64,000 nt of DNA from Bacteroidia bacterium (GTDB taxonomy: Bacteria; Bacteroidota; Bacteroidia; UKL13-3), in NCBI GenBank assembly GCA_021740845.1, contig JAIOYZ010000019.1:8828-72827 (forward strand), written 5' to 3'. The translations under genes and the position numbers were made by a program. The notes beneath the pieces were generated by a model, which was not told where the DNA came from, made no database searches, and saw nothing but the letters and a program-made list of their open reading frames with translations. How positions within the stretch are numbered: the first letter of the stretch is position 1; each line of letters opens with the position of its first letter. Shown piece by piece: positions 38,672-48,153 of the stretch.

Positions 38672-39802
38672 ATGAGCATCGAAAGATACCTTCTGAAGGA
38701 TTTATACAAACAACTTAAACCCAATAAAGTATTGGTTTTACTGGGTGCGAGGAGAGTTGGAAAAACTAAACTAATTGAAAATCTACTCTCGGAAATCACG
38801 GAAAAATACCTTTTTCTAAATGGAGATGATGTAGACACCCATCATTTGTTGGATATTCAGAGTACAGCAAACTACAAAAGGATTTTGGGAGACTATAAAC
38901 TTTTAGTTATAGATGAAGCCCAGGAAATACAGAATATTGGCAAAAAGTTGAAATTGATGGTGGATACCATTCCAGATTTAAAGGTATTAATTACAGGATC
39001 TTCTGCCTTCGAAATAAACAATCAAACAGGAGAGCCATTGGTGGGCAGAATGAAAACGCTTTACTTATTTCCTTTGGCCCAATTAGAATTTTCTAAACAA
39101 GAAACACCCATTCAAACCAAAGGAAATTTAGAAGAGCGTTTAATCTTTGGCTCTTACCCCGAACTGAGCAGTTTAGAAAACAGGGAAGATAAAATTAGCT
39201 ATTTAAAAGAAATGGTAAACAACCATTTATTAAGAGATATTTTGGCTTTTGAAGGAGTAAAGAAAAGAGACAAAATTATTAGTCTTTTACAAATTCTTGC
39301 TTTTAGAACAGGCAGTGAAATTTCCTTGGAAAATATTGGTCGTGAATTGCAGATAAGTAAAAACACCGTTGAGAAATACCTAGACTTATTCTCAAAAGTA
39401 TTTATCATCTATAGTGTTTCTGGATTTAGCAGAAATAGGGACAATGAAATAACCAAAATGAAGAAATGGTATTTTGTAGACAATGGAATTAGGAATGCTT
39501 TAATCAATGCATTTAATCCATTAAATATGAGAGAAGACACAGGGAAATTATGGGAGAACTATCTGAATTCGGAAAGGATTAAAAAGCTAAATTATACCCG
39601 AGTAGAGTATTTCGATTATTTTTGGAGAACCCATACCAAACAAGAGATAGACCGAATTGAGGAAGTAAATTCGGCACTTTTTGCCTTTGAATACAAATGG
39701 GGAAAACCTAATTTTAAAATCCCTTCAGAGTTTAATAAATCCTATCCAGACGCAAGTTTTGAGGTGATAAACCAAGAAAATTATCTGAGTTTCATCTGCT
39801 AA
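38672..39802 (+). CDS. AAA+ ATPase, DUF4143-containing (second paralog).
   Basis: Walker A GARRVGKTK and Walker B VIDEAQ. Same architecture as 27641..28822 but only ~25-30% identical. The ORF track start at 38630 translates repeat DNA, so MSIERYLL at 38672 is preferred. Confidence 0.75.
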   Translation: MSIERYLLKDLYKQLKPNKVLVLLGARRVGKTKLIENLLSEITEKYLFLNGDDVDTHHLLDIQSTANYKRILGDYKLLVIDEAQEIQNIGKKLKLMVDTIPDLKVLITGSSAFEINNQTGEPLVGRMKTLYLFPLAQLEFSKQETPIQTKGNLEERLIFGSYPELSSLENREDKISYLKEMVNNHLLRDILAFEGVKKRDKIISLLQILAFRTGSEISLENIGRELQISKNTVEKYLDLFSKVFIIYSVSGFSRNRDNEITKMKKWYFVDNGIRNALINAFNPLNMREDTGKLWENYLNSERIKKLNYTRVEYFDYFWRTHTKQEIDRIEEVNSALFAFEYKWGKPNFKIPSEFNKSYPDASFEVINQENYLSFIC

Positions 39803-39897
39803 AACAAAGCTGATGGTACCTTAATTAAACCTAAGATAAATCAATTTGCTGAACTCAAAAAATAATTACCTTGCGAGGGCAATAGAAAAGAACAGAC

Positions 39898-40386
39898 ATG
39901 CTAAACGAACAAACCTTATGGGAAGCCTTGGAAACCGTTATGGATCCAGAAATCCCTACTATTTCTATGGTAGATATGGGCATAATTACTGCCATTAAAT
40001 TGAGTAGCGATCAAGAAAAAGCTTTTGTAGAAATGACACCCACTTTTTCTGGTTGCCCTGCCATTAGAGAAATGGAGAAAATGGTAAAAGAGCGCATGTT
40101 GGAGTTGGGAATAAAAGAAGTAGAAGTGCGCACTACATTTAACAAACCATGGAACAGTAATTTAATAACAGAACGAGGCAGACAACATTTAAAAAAACAC
40201 GGATTAGCTCCACCACCCAAGCACGAAGGAGAGATTACTCAAGAGTTATTGGAGAATATTGAATGTCCGTTTTGTGGTAGCAAAAATGTGGATTTAAAAT
40301 CTGCCTTTGGACCAACCCTTTGCCGCAGCTTACATTACTGCAATAATTGTTTGCAAGCATTTGAACAATTTAAGCCGGTAGTTTAG
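39898..40386 (+). CDS. DUF59 (MIP18/PaaD-like Fe-S assembly) domain protein with C-terminal Cys4 zinc-ribbon.
   Basis: N-terminal LWEALETVMDPEIPTISMVDMGII (DUF59 signature). C-terminal CPFCGS...CNNC zinc ribbon, as in PaaD-like proteins. Confidence 0.6.
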   Translation: MLNEQTLWEALETVMDPEIPTISMVDMGIITAIKLSSDQEKAFVEMTPTFSGCPAIREMEKMVKERMLELGIKEVEVRTTFNKPWNSNLITERGRQHLKKHGLAPPPKHEGEITQELLENIECPFCGSKNVDLKSAFGPTLCRSLHYCNNCLQAFEQFKPVV

Positions 40387-40393
40387 GGATTTT

Positions 40394-41914
40394 CTATTTT
40401 ATAGCAGCTCTAAATTCAGGAGAATTTAGAAACCAGAAATACCATTTTACGATTGTCCCATCAGGGCGTTTACATTTAACTAGAACAGGTACTAACTTGG
40501 CTTTCTCTTCCTTAAATTTTTGTCGATTCTGATAGTTTTCATCATATCTCTCTAAGGAATGAATGCTGCTATTTTCTTTGTTCAACATATAAAATTGAGC
40601 GCCCTCATCGGTTAAAAAATGTGCTTGAAAATTTTTATTAACACCTTTCAGAAAACCAATAAAACCGTAGCCGCCAATAAAATTAAATGAAGGTGGAAAT
40701 TGGCTTTCCAGCCTATAAACTTCTATCAATTTCTTTTTATAACAAACTTTATATTGGATTTCACCTTTCCTATTTTCTCTTATACCTAACTGCTTTAGTT
40801 GTTTTTCATTTAAAAGCAATGCCTTTGATAAATCAGTTTGAAAAATAACAGAATCCATCTTCAAATTCTCTTTGCGCAATAGTTTATTTTTAATTAGCCT
40901 TTTGATTAATTCATTGTAATTTTCATCTGTGTAATTAGCATAATTTTGCCTCACCCAATTAGCCTTATTTATAGGCAATAAATCACAAAATTTTTGAGTT
41001 GGTTTGAACCAAAAAACCATGTCATAATCTGTTCTACCATACATATTAGCTTTTGCCTTAAGCTCAACGCGGACGGGAACTAGCAGCTTTTTGGCTTCGG
41101 TCACAAAATCTTGTGCCACCATTAATGGTGCCTTTAACTCTAGTATATCTGTGGTAACATCTCCTACATTTTGTGAAGTGCTTTTCTTCTCTAAAAAGGT
41201 AATTTCTTTTTCTATAAACATTGGATAAGCCAAAAGGAAAGAATCAGACAAAATTGCCATCATTGAATCGCTAGCCAAAACACTGTTGTTTAAAGTGTAA
41301 CTACCACCATATGATTGAATTTCAGTAAAGTAAAATATTCTATTCTGGCGTTTGCGCAAAACACCTTTATTGGTATACAAACTATCACTCAAATTAGTAT
41401 ACCTCAACTCGCAACCATCGGAATAAATATGCAAGGCTGCCAGCTCCTGGTAGCTTAAAATCAACTCATCAGAATTTTCTTTGGGCGTATAACTTGGGTA
41501 AATAAGAGGCCAAGGTTCTTCTGGATAACCAGGTTTTGGTTCAAACCGAATTCTATTTTGCATTTTTGGCAAAGGAATGAGTGGCTTGGGTAGGGAAGAA
41601 ACTAATGAAATGGATTCTTCAATAACAGAATCTGTTGGATTATTTATTGAAGGTTTTTGCTCTTCTTTTTGCTCAATAGTAGGGCTTTGTTCATCCTTAT
41701 CACGACTTTGAAAATAGGATAAGAAAAACAGTCCAAACAACAAAAATGAAGCTATGATAAGGTACCAATTTCTCGCTCCAAATTTCTTATTAAGTATGGG
41801 TTCGGCTTGAACCAAATCTCTAATTTCTTCTATTGAAATTGCAGGAGAATCCAATTTGGCTTCTTGAAAAAGCTCATCCAAAAAACTATCGCTTAGTTGA
41901 TTCTTATTTTCCAT
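40394..41914 (-). CDS. Putative membrane-anchored anti-sigma factor (cognate to the ECF sigma at 41917..42423), with a large extracytoplasmic domain.
   Basis: It starts 2 nt after the sigma stop. A short cytoplasmic N-terminus is followed by one TM helix (WYLIIASFLLFGLFFLSYF) and a ~430-aa extracytoplasmic part. It is homologous to the extracytoplasmic part of 43359..44831. Confidence 0.55.
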   Translation of the reverse strand: MENKNQLSDSFLDELFQEAKLDSPAISIEEIRDLVQAEPILNKKFGARNWYLIIASFLLFGLFFLSYFQSRDKDEQSPTIEQKEEQKPSINNPTDSVIEESISLVSSLPKPLIPLPKMQNRIRFEPKPGYPEEPWPLIYPSYTPKENSDELILSYQELAALHIYSDGCELRYTNLSDSLYTNKGVLRKRQNRIFYFTEIQSYGGSYTLNNSVLASDSMMAILSDSFLLAYPMFIEKEITFLEKKSTSQNVGDVTTDILELKAPLMVAQDFVTEAKKLLVPVRVELKAKANMYGRTDYDMVFWFKPTQKFCDLLPINKANWVRQNYANYTDENYNELIKRLIKNKLLRKENLKMDSVIFQTDLSKALLLNEKQLKQLGIRENRKGEIQYKVCYKKKLIEVYRLESQFPPSFNFIGGYGFIGFLKGVNKNFQAHFLTDEGAQFYMLNKENSSIHSLERYDENYQNRQKFKEEKAKLVPVLVKCKRPDGTIVKWYFWFLNSPEFRAAIK

Positions 41915-41916
41915 AA

Positions 41917-42423
41917 TTAAGCCTTTTTCATTTTAGTTAATTGATGATTTTCCTTTTCTGCAAAGGACTTCAAATACTGCCTTGTTTGATATAAACTTGC
42001 TTTTACTTTCTGCTCTGATTCACCCGTTATGGCAGCAATTTCTTTATAAGAAAATCCAGCTATTTCAAACAATACCAATCTATTTCTATCCTCTGGATTT
42101 AGTAAATTTAAGATTCTTGTTAGCTCATATTTCCAAACTTTTCCTTCTGCAGATTCATTGGAATAATTGGTATCAAACAAGGAGGCAGAAGACCGCTTGT
42201 CTTCTTTTAATTTCTTAAGAAATAGGTTACGAGCAATTCCAAAAAGGTAATAAATAAACTTCTCCGAATCAATTATTGTTTCAAACTTCTCAAAGGCAAT
42301 AAGTGTGGTTTCTGAAATAATATCGCGAGCCTCTTCCCTATTATGAACAAGAGCCTGCACATAATTGCATAAGCGTTTATGAGCAGGTTCGTATAATTTC
42401 ATAAATTTCTCCTTAGAAGGCAT
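41917..42423 (-). CDS. RNA polymerase sigma-70 factor, ECF subfamily.
   Basis: 168 aa. Region 2 (ISETTLIAFEKFE...YYLFGIARNLFL) and region 4 HTH (LVLFEIAGFSYKEIAAITGESEQKVKASLYQTRQYLK). Confidence 0.85.
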   Translation of the reverse strand: MPSKEKFMKLYEPAHKRLCNYVQALVHNREEARDIISETTLIAFEKFETIIDSEKFIYYLFGIARNLFLKKLKEDKRSSASLFDTNYSNESAEGKVWKYELTRILNLLNPEDRNRLVLFEIAGFSYKEIAAITGESEQKVKASLYQTRQYLKSFAEKENHQLTKMKKA

Positions 42424-42534
42424 TGGCTAAATTGAAGTGTTTATTGGGTAAGTACATTTTAAGGGCAAAAAGTTATTTTAATTTGTAACAAAATTATAAT
42501 GCTTTGATTGGCAGCTATATTTTTTTAAAAATAC

Positions 42535-43356
42535 TTGATCAAACCTTTCACAAGAATACGCCAATCCTTACCTTGCCAAACATTTTTTATGCTTCAAAAA
42601 ACAATCATTGGTGGTTTACTTGGGTTGGCAATACTCCTATTTCTTTTATGGAAATTTGATATTGCTTTCAGCGCTCAAACACCCCAAAGTTTCTTAACGC
42701 ATTTTACCTTTTTTCTTACTCAATCGGCAGGACCAATTGGTACTTTATTAGGAATTTTATTAGCTTGCTTTTTGTATACAGTTAACGAAATTGGGATCAA
42801 AAATAAATTGCTTGTTTTTGGTAAGGCAATGCTTGGCTTGATAGTAATCATAAGTGTTTTTGCAGCCATAAATGAAAAATTAACCAAGCCTATTTTTAAA
42901 TTCCAACGCCCTAGTCATGTTTATATGTTGCAGCAAATAAACGCCATAGGCAGCCTTGACTCTTTGTATAATTTGAGCAAGGAAGAACGCATTGCCTTTT
43001 TTGAAAATGAAGTAAAAAACCAAGCAGTTTTATTTTCATCTATTGATTCAGATGTATTGCATCATTGGATTGCAGAAGGAGGTTATTCTTTTCCAAGCGG
43101 ACATACTTTTAACGCTTTTCTTTTGGCCATGATTTTTTCGTTTGGGATAGGCAATAATTCGTATGCGCCCAAACTTCAAAAACTTTTTTTTCTACCATTT
43201 TTATGGGCCATGGGAATTGGCCTTTCACGTGTAGCATTGGGAGTTCATAGTTGGATAGATGTAAGCGCTGGAGCAGCCATGGGAATAGTGGTTGGCAGCA
43301 CTTTGTTGTATATGGATTACACAAGGAATTTGATTACCCACAAAAAGCAAAACTAA
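42535..43356 (+). CDS. PAP2-family membrane phosphatase (phosphatidic acid phosphatase type 2 / haloperoxidase fold).
   Basis: PAP2 motifs KxxxxxxRP (KFQRPSHV), PSGH (FPSGHTFNAF) and SRxxxxxHxxxD (SRVALGVHSWIDV). Multi-TM. The start could be the internal MLQKTIIGG. Confidence 0.75.
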   Translation: MIKPFTRIRQSLPCQTFFMLQKTIIGGLLGLAILLFLLWKFDIAFSAQTPQSFLTHFTFFLTQSAGPIGTLLGILLACFLYTVNEIGIKNKLLVFGKAMLGLIVIISVFAAINEKLTKPIFKFQRPSHVYMLQQINAIGSLDSLYNLSKEERIAFFENEVKNQAVLFSSIDSDVLHHWIAEGGYSFPSGHTFNAFLLAMIFSFGIGNNSYAPKLQKLFFLPFLWAMGIGLSRVALGVHSWIDVSAGAAMGIVVGSTLLYMDYTRNLITHKKQN

Positions 43357-43358
43357 AT

Positions 43359-44831
43359 TTAGCGGCGTACAATGCGTTTTGAAATTACATCACCTTTATC
43401 CGATTCAATTACTAGAACATAAACGCCCGGCAATAAATCGCCAATATTGGTTTCAAACTTATGCTTACCTGTCTCGAAGGGTTTTGAAGGCAGTGCTTTT
43501 CTAAGTAAGGTGCCGTTAATTGAATAAATATTAGCCTCAAGGATACGTGCATCGGATAAGTTAAACTCAACAGTAAGTTCGGCATCGGTGGGGTTTGGAA
43601 AGGCGGAAAAATAATTGATGGCACCAGGAGCATTTTGACAAGCTTCAAAATAGGTACATGTTTTTGCATCGCTTTTCTTGGTAACAAAAACCGATTGGTA
43701 TTCTTTGCGCAAATCAGATGAAATTCTTTTGGGTAGAGCATTAAATAATTCTTCGCTTGGTTCAAACCAAATGATAATATCTGCTCGATAACTTTGTGTA
43801 TCTCCCGGAATATTTACATCACCAGATCGAACTAGAATTGGAATGAAAGACGGGATTTTTTCTGCCAGTTTTCTTTCATCTTCCTTTCTTTCATTTTCAG
43901 GTTTTAATGGACTTAAATTATTGTCGATTCGGTATTGTAATTCCTCTTTAGAATATTCATTATCCAGCTCAAACAATCTCCACTTTTGCCCGAGATCATC
44001 TGTAACAAGTCGGTATTTTGGAATTTTCATTACAATACTAGAATTAGCATTGGAATCTGAAGTGTTAGTTGCTTTTAATTTAGGAGGATTCAATGTGTTT
44101 CCTCTTATAAAAACTGAGGAATTAGAATTCAATTTATTAGATGAATTACCAAAACTACTTTTCAGATTTTTACTTCCAAAATTATTAAATCCAGTAGGCC
44201 TAAAATTCATATTAAATTCAGCGGTACTACCCGCTTTATCAAAATAAATAAAGGATGCTTTTGTATCACATATTGGCAATTTTATTTGTAGGTCTTTTAT
44301 AATAATTCCAAAAGCCAGCAATTCTTCATCCGATAATTCTATAATTTTTATGCAATTAAGATTAATTAATCGTCTCTGGGTTATTGAATCTATTTGTTCT
44401 AAAGATGGAGCTTTTTCAATTGAATTTGAAGAATCAAATATTGTCACTAATTTAGGTTCAAAGGAAAAAATTGGAGCTGCACTTTTCCTGTTTACTTTTG
44501 TTTTTCTAATCTCTCCTTTTGGTTCTATTGAAGTTTCCTTTTCTGCTTGAACTTCACTTTCGGTGTTTTGGGGAACAATTCTCTGTTCTGATTTGGTTAA
44601 TAAATCGGAATTCAATTCTGAAACAGGTTTGTTAAAATACAGAACAAGTAGTGTTGAAAATACAGCGATTATACTCATGGCTATTATTATTTTAGTGTTA
44701 AAATAAATCTTAAATTTAGGTGTACGATTTCCAATCAATTCAATTTTTTGTTCCAATAATTCTAAGTCCATTTCGGGCCTTGCATTTCTTGCGGCATCAA
44801 ATAATTTGTTCACCTTTTCATCTGCATTCAT
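43359..44831 (-). CDS. Putative anti-sigma factor paralog carrying a T9SS type-A C-terminal sorting domain.
   Basis: It overlaps the upstream ECF sigma gene by 4 nt (ATGA). N-terminal cytoplasmic segment plus TM helix (IIIAMSIIAVFSTLLVLYF). The middle region is homologous to 40394..41914 (IIIWFEPSEELFNALP vs MVFWFKPTQKFCDLLP). C-terminus FPNPTDAELTVEFNLSDARILEANIYSINGTLL...LLPGVYVLVIESDKG is a T9SS CTD. Confidence 0.55.
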   Translation of the reverse strand: MNADEKVNKLFDAARNARPEMDLELLEQKIELIGNRTPKFKIYFNTKIIIAMSIIAVFSTLLVLYFNKPVSELNSDLLTKSEQRIVPQNTESEVQAEKETSIEPKGEIRKTKVNRKSAAPIFSFEPKLVTIFDSSNSIEKAPSLEQIDSITQRRLINLNCIKIIELSDEELLAFGIIIKDLQIKLPICDTKASFIYFDKAGSTAEFNMNFRPTGFNNFGSKNLKSSFGNSSNKLNSNSSVFIRGNTLNPPKLKATNTSDSNANSSIVMKIPKYRLVTDDLGQKWRLFELDNEYSKEELQYRIDNNLSPLKPENERKEDERKLAEKIPSFIPILVRSGDVNIPGDTQSYRADIIIWFEPSEELFNALPKRISSDLRKEYQSVFVTKKSDAKTCTYFEACQNAPGAINYFSAFPNPTDAELTVEFNLSDARILEANIYSINGTLLRKALPSKPFETGKHKFETNIGDLLPGVYVLVIESDKGDVISKRIVRR

Positions 44832-45379
44832 TTCAAACCTCCCTCATTAATTGTTTGGTTCAAACCGAATTTTTTAAGCCTTGCATTTTCTAATTCCACT
44901 AAATCTTTTAACCTCTGCCTTGCTTGATAAATATCTGTTTTCACCTTACTTAAACTTACCTTTTGTATTTGGGCAATTTCCTCATATTTAAATCCAGCCA
45001 CCTCAAACAAGGTAATTGCTTCTTGTTGCTGAGGCTTTAATTTTCCTAACAAATTAGCTAACTCTCTTCTCTGTAAACTGTCTTCGGAAGTTTCACCTCC
45101 ATCCAAATCTTCCATTTTCTCCCTATTCCAAGGCGCATGAAATTTTTGCCTTCTTACTTTTTTCAGATACAGATTTCTAGCAATGGCAAATAAGAAATAG
45201 GCAAATTGCTCAGGTTGCCTTAGCGTTTCAAATCTCTCAAATGCCTCTAATGTAACTTCACTCACCAGGTCTTTTGCATCCTCCGATTGCCAAATCAACG
45301 ACTGCACATACCTGCTCAACCGCGCATGCAATGGTCGGTATAAGGTCATAAAGCGTATGTTTTTTTCGGTTTGATCCAA
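44828..45379 (-). CDS. RNA polymerase sigma-70 factor, ECF subfamily (second copy).
   Basis: 183 aa. Region 2 and region 4 HTH (ITLFEVAGFKYEEIAQIQKVSLSKVKTDIYQARQRLK). It is a paralog of 41917..42423. Confidence 0.85.
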   Translation of the reverse strand: MDQTEKNIRFMTLYRPLHARLSRYVQSLIWQSEDAKDLVSEVTLEAFERFETLRQPEQFAYFLFAIARNLYLKKVRRQKFHAPWNREKMEDLDGGETSEDSLQRRELANLLGKLKPQQQEAITLFEVAGFKYEEIAQIQKVSLSKVKTDIYQARQRLKDLVELENARLKKFGLNQTINEGGLK

Positions 45380-45533
45380 CAGAATTAAATTAGAATTCGT
45401 ACAACAGTAAGTTCCATGAGTTGATTCAAAAGTTAGGAAACAATTTTAAATTTTACCTAAGCAACTCATTTTCTGTGGAATTAAATCAATTCAACTTCAT
45501 ACAAATCAAATTTGTCTTTCATTTTAACCTAAA

Positions 45534-46598
45534 TTGCAAGCCATGAAAATACTATACGGAGTGCCGGGAGAAGGCATGGGGCATGCAACAAGAAGCAAGG
45601 TTGTTATTACTCATTTGTTAGATAGTGGGCATGATGTACATGTGGTGGCGAGCGACCGTGCTTATACCTTTTTGAAGCAAAGTTTTCCGGATAGAGTTAG
45701 TGAAATTAAGGGCTTTCATTTTGCTTACAAAAATGCTGAAGTAAGCAAGGCTGGAACATTTTGGTTGAACCTAAAGGCTGCTCCAAAAAATTTGATACTT
45801 AATATTGCCAAGCAATTGCAAATTGAAAAAAACTTTACGCCAGAATTAGTCATTAGCGATTTTGAAAGCTTTACTTATTTCTTTGCCAAGTTGCACAAAT
45901 TGCCATTAATAAGCATTGATAACATGCAAGTAATGAATCGTTGTGTTTTGGATATACCAATTGCTAAAGAAGAAAAAAACAATTACCAATTGGCCAAACA
46001 AATTGTAAAAGCAAAGGTTCCGGGCTGCGACCATTATTTAATAAGCAGCTTTTTTGACGCTAAAATTTCTAAGAAAAATACGCAATTGGTTCAGCCCATA
46101 ATACGCCAAGCTATTTTGGATACACAGGTTAGTGAGAAAGACCATATATTGGTTTATCAAACATCTAGTAGCTTAAAAAACCTGCAAGAAACCTTGAGTA
46201 AATTACCCAATGAAAAGTTCTTGGTATATGGCATGAACAAAGACCAAGAAGAAGGAAATGTTTGCTTTAAAACCTTTAGTGAAGATGGTTTTATAAAAGA
46301 TTTTTCGGAAGCAAAAGCAGTTATTGCCAATGGTGGATTTTCGTTTATCAGCGAAGCCGTTTACCTGAAAAAGCCTATTTATTCCTTTCCAATTGCCAAT
46401 CAATTTGAGCAATACATGAACGCCGCCTATATAGAAAAATTGGGCTATGGCAGGCATTTCGATAAACTCAATTCAGATTCTATCAAAGCATTTCTGTATG
46501 AACTTCCTTTGTTTAAGAAACAGTTAAGCAACTATCACCAAAAGGGAAACGAGGTTCTTTTTCTAGAATTAGACACCCTACTCCAACTCCATAAATAA
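45534..46598 (+). CDS. Glycosyltransferase, MJ1255/VC2487 (GT28/MurG-like) family.
   Basis: N-terminal GEGMGHATRS Gly-rich loop and a C-terminal GGFSFISEA UDP-sugar-binding region. 354 aa. Confidence 0.6.
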   Translation: MQAMKILYGVPGEGMGHATRSKVVITHLLDSGHDVHVVASDRAYTFLKQSFPDRVSEIKGFHFAYKNAEVSKAGTFWLNLKAAPKNLILNIAKQLQIEKNFTPELVISDFESFTYFFAKLHKLPLISIDNMQVMNRCVLDIPIAKEEKNNYQLAKQIVKAKVPGCDHYLISSFFDAKISKKNTQLVQPIIRQAILDTQVSEKDHILVYQTSSSLKNLQETLSKLPNEKFLVYGMNKDQEEGNVCFKTFSEDGFIKDFSEAKAVIANGGFSFISEAVYLKKPIYSFPIANQFEQYMNAAYIEKLGYGRHFDKLNSDSIKAFLYELPLFKKQLSNYHQKGNEVLFLELDTLLQLHK

Positions 46599-46710
46599 GT
46601 AGGGAGTAAAAAGTAAAACGTTCGTCCTTAAAAAACTGAAGTTCGTCATGGTTAATTTAATAAAGCATAGGTTCTAACCCACCTTTGTGCTGTAATTAAA
46701 AACAAACACC

Positions 46711-47103
46711 ATGAAAAAAATTATCTCCGCTCTCTTGTTAATTGGATTCTTAACACAAGCCAATGCAGCAGAAAAAAACCAAAGCGATCATAAAGGTGAG
46801 CAAAAGAAAGCAGCTGTTTACCATATTGAGCAAGCAAGCATGCAAAGCACTCTTAAATACGATGGCGACGCTATATTGCTATTTGGCATTTGCTCTTACA
46901 ATACCTTACCCGTTAAGGTTCAATTAATTTCTGGGAACACCTCCTTAATGACGGCCAATTACAATACACAAAGTATTAATGATGGCTTTAACTTACGTCA
47001 AATTCCTGCAGGCACTTATACTTTAAGAATTACACATGGAAGTGAAATAATAGAAAAGCAATTTGTAAAAACAACAGAATCTGCTCCTATATTTGAATAC
47101 TAG
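46711..47103 (+). CDS. Small secreted hypothetical protein.
   Basis: 130 aa with signal peptide MKKIISALLLIGFLTQANA. No recognisable family. Lies directly upstream of the LytS-type kinase. Confidence 0.4.
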   Translation: MKKIISALLLIGFLTQANAAEKNQSDHKGEQKKAAVYHIEQASMQSTLKYDGDAILLFGICSYNTLPVKVQLISGNTSLMTANYNTQSINDGFNLRQIPAGTYTLRITHGSEIIEKQFVKTTESAPIFEY

Positions 47104-48153
47104 ATGAAAGAACTATTGAGAGAAAAAACTAAAACACAACCTGGGTTTTTGCTATATGTAATATCCTTGTTTTTTTATGTGTTGCTCTCAGAACTGGTTT
47201 ATAGCTTATTGGGTTTTCAATTTTTATTAGAAAATTTTTTAAGCAACTTATATGAATCTGCCCTATTTCTAGGCATTGCCTTTTGGGTAAATGCGTTTAT
47301 GGAAAATACGTTCAATCAAAAATTCCCTTGGAATAACAATCCAATTTACCGGTTTTCGGTTCAATCATTGGTTCTGAGTTTTTTGGTAAACATACTTATT
47401 ACCATTTCGTTCGTCGGGTTTAAATACATCCATTTTGCTTATTATAATGCTGGCATTTTTGTTTCTTTTCAATTGGTTTTTATTCAGTTTTGTTTGTATG
47501 CAATTGTAATAGAACTCAATGTGGTGGCCAATTTTGCCGAGTATTTATTGAACCAATGGCACCAAAGCAAATTGCAGCAAGAAACTTTTGATAAAGAAAA
47601 AGCCCAATTCAATTTGGAGCTATTGCGCAATCAAATCAATCCTCATTTTTTGTTCAATAACCTCAATACACTTTCTTCACTCATTCACGAAAACCAAGAC
47701 CAAGCTTCTGATTTTCTTCGCATGTTATCGCGGGTTTACCGAAACATTTTGGAATATAGAAACAAAGAAACCGTGAGTTTGAAAGAAGAGTTAGATTTCT
47801 TTGAAAATTACTACCAATTGCTAAGTATACGTTTTAAAGAAATGCTTTTGGTTCAAAAAGAAATTAACCCCAACTTGATGCAGAAGAAAATGATTCCTTT
47901 AACACTGCAAATGCTTATTGAAAATGCAATAAAACACAATGTAGTTTCTAGGAGCCAGCCCTTGGTTATTACCATTAAAACGGAAGGCAATTTCTTGTTG
48001 GTTAGCAATCCCATCCAGAAAAAAGAATCGCTGGAATACTCGAGTGGATTGGGATTAAAAATAATAAATAGCAGGTATTCATTTTTGGGCGATACTTCAA
48101 TTGAAATTATTTCAAACCCTCAACAGTTTACCGTAAAAATACCTCTACTATGA
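47104..48153 (+). CDS. Sensor histidine kinase, LytS/YehU-type (His_kinase PF06580 family), membrane-bound.
   Basis: Five or six N-terminal TM helices, then the NPHFLFNNLNTLSSLI signature and an ATP-binding GLGLKIINSRY G-box. Confidence 0.8.
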   Translation: MKELLREKTKTQPGFLLYVISLFFYVLLSELVYSLLGFQFLLENFLSNLYESALFLGIAFWVNAFMENTFNQKFPWNNNPIYRFSVQSLVLSFLVNILITISFVGFKYIHFAYYNAGIFVSFQLVFIQFCLYAIVIELNVVANFAEYLLNQWHQSKLQQETFDKEKAQFNLELLRNQINPHFLFNNLNTLSSLIHENQDQASDFLRMLSRVYRNILEYRNKETVSLKEELDFFENYYQLLSIRFKEMLLVQKEINPNLMQKKMIPLTLQMLIENAIKHNVVSRSQPLVITIKTEGNFLLVSNPIQKKESLEYSSGLGLKIINSRYSFLGDTSIEIISNPQQFTVKIPLL

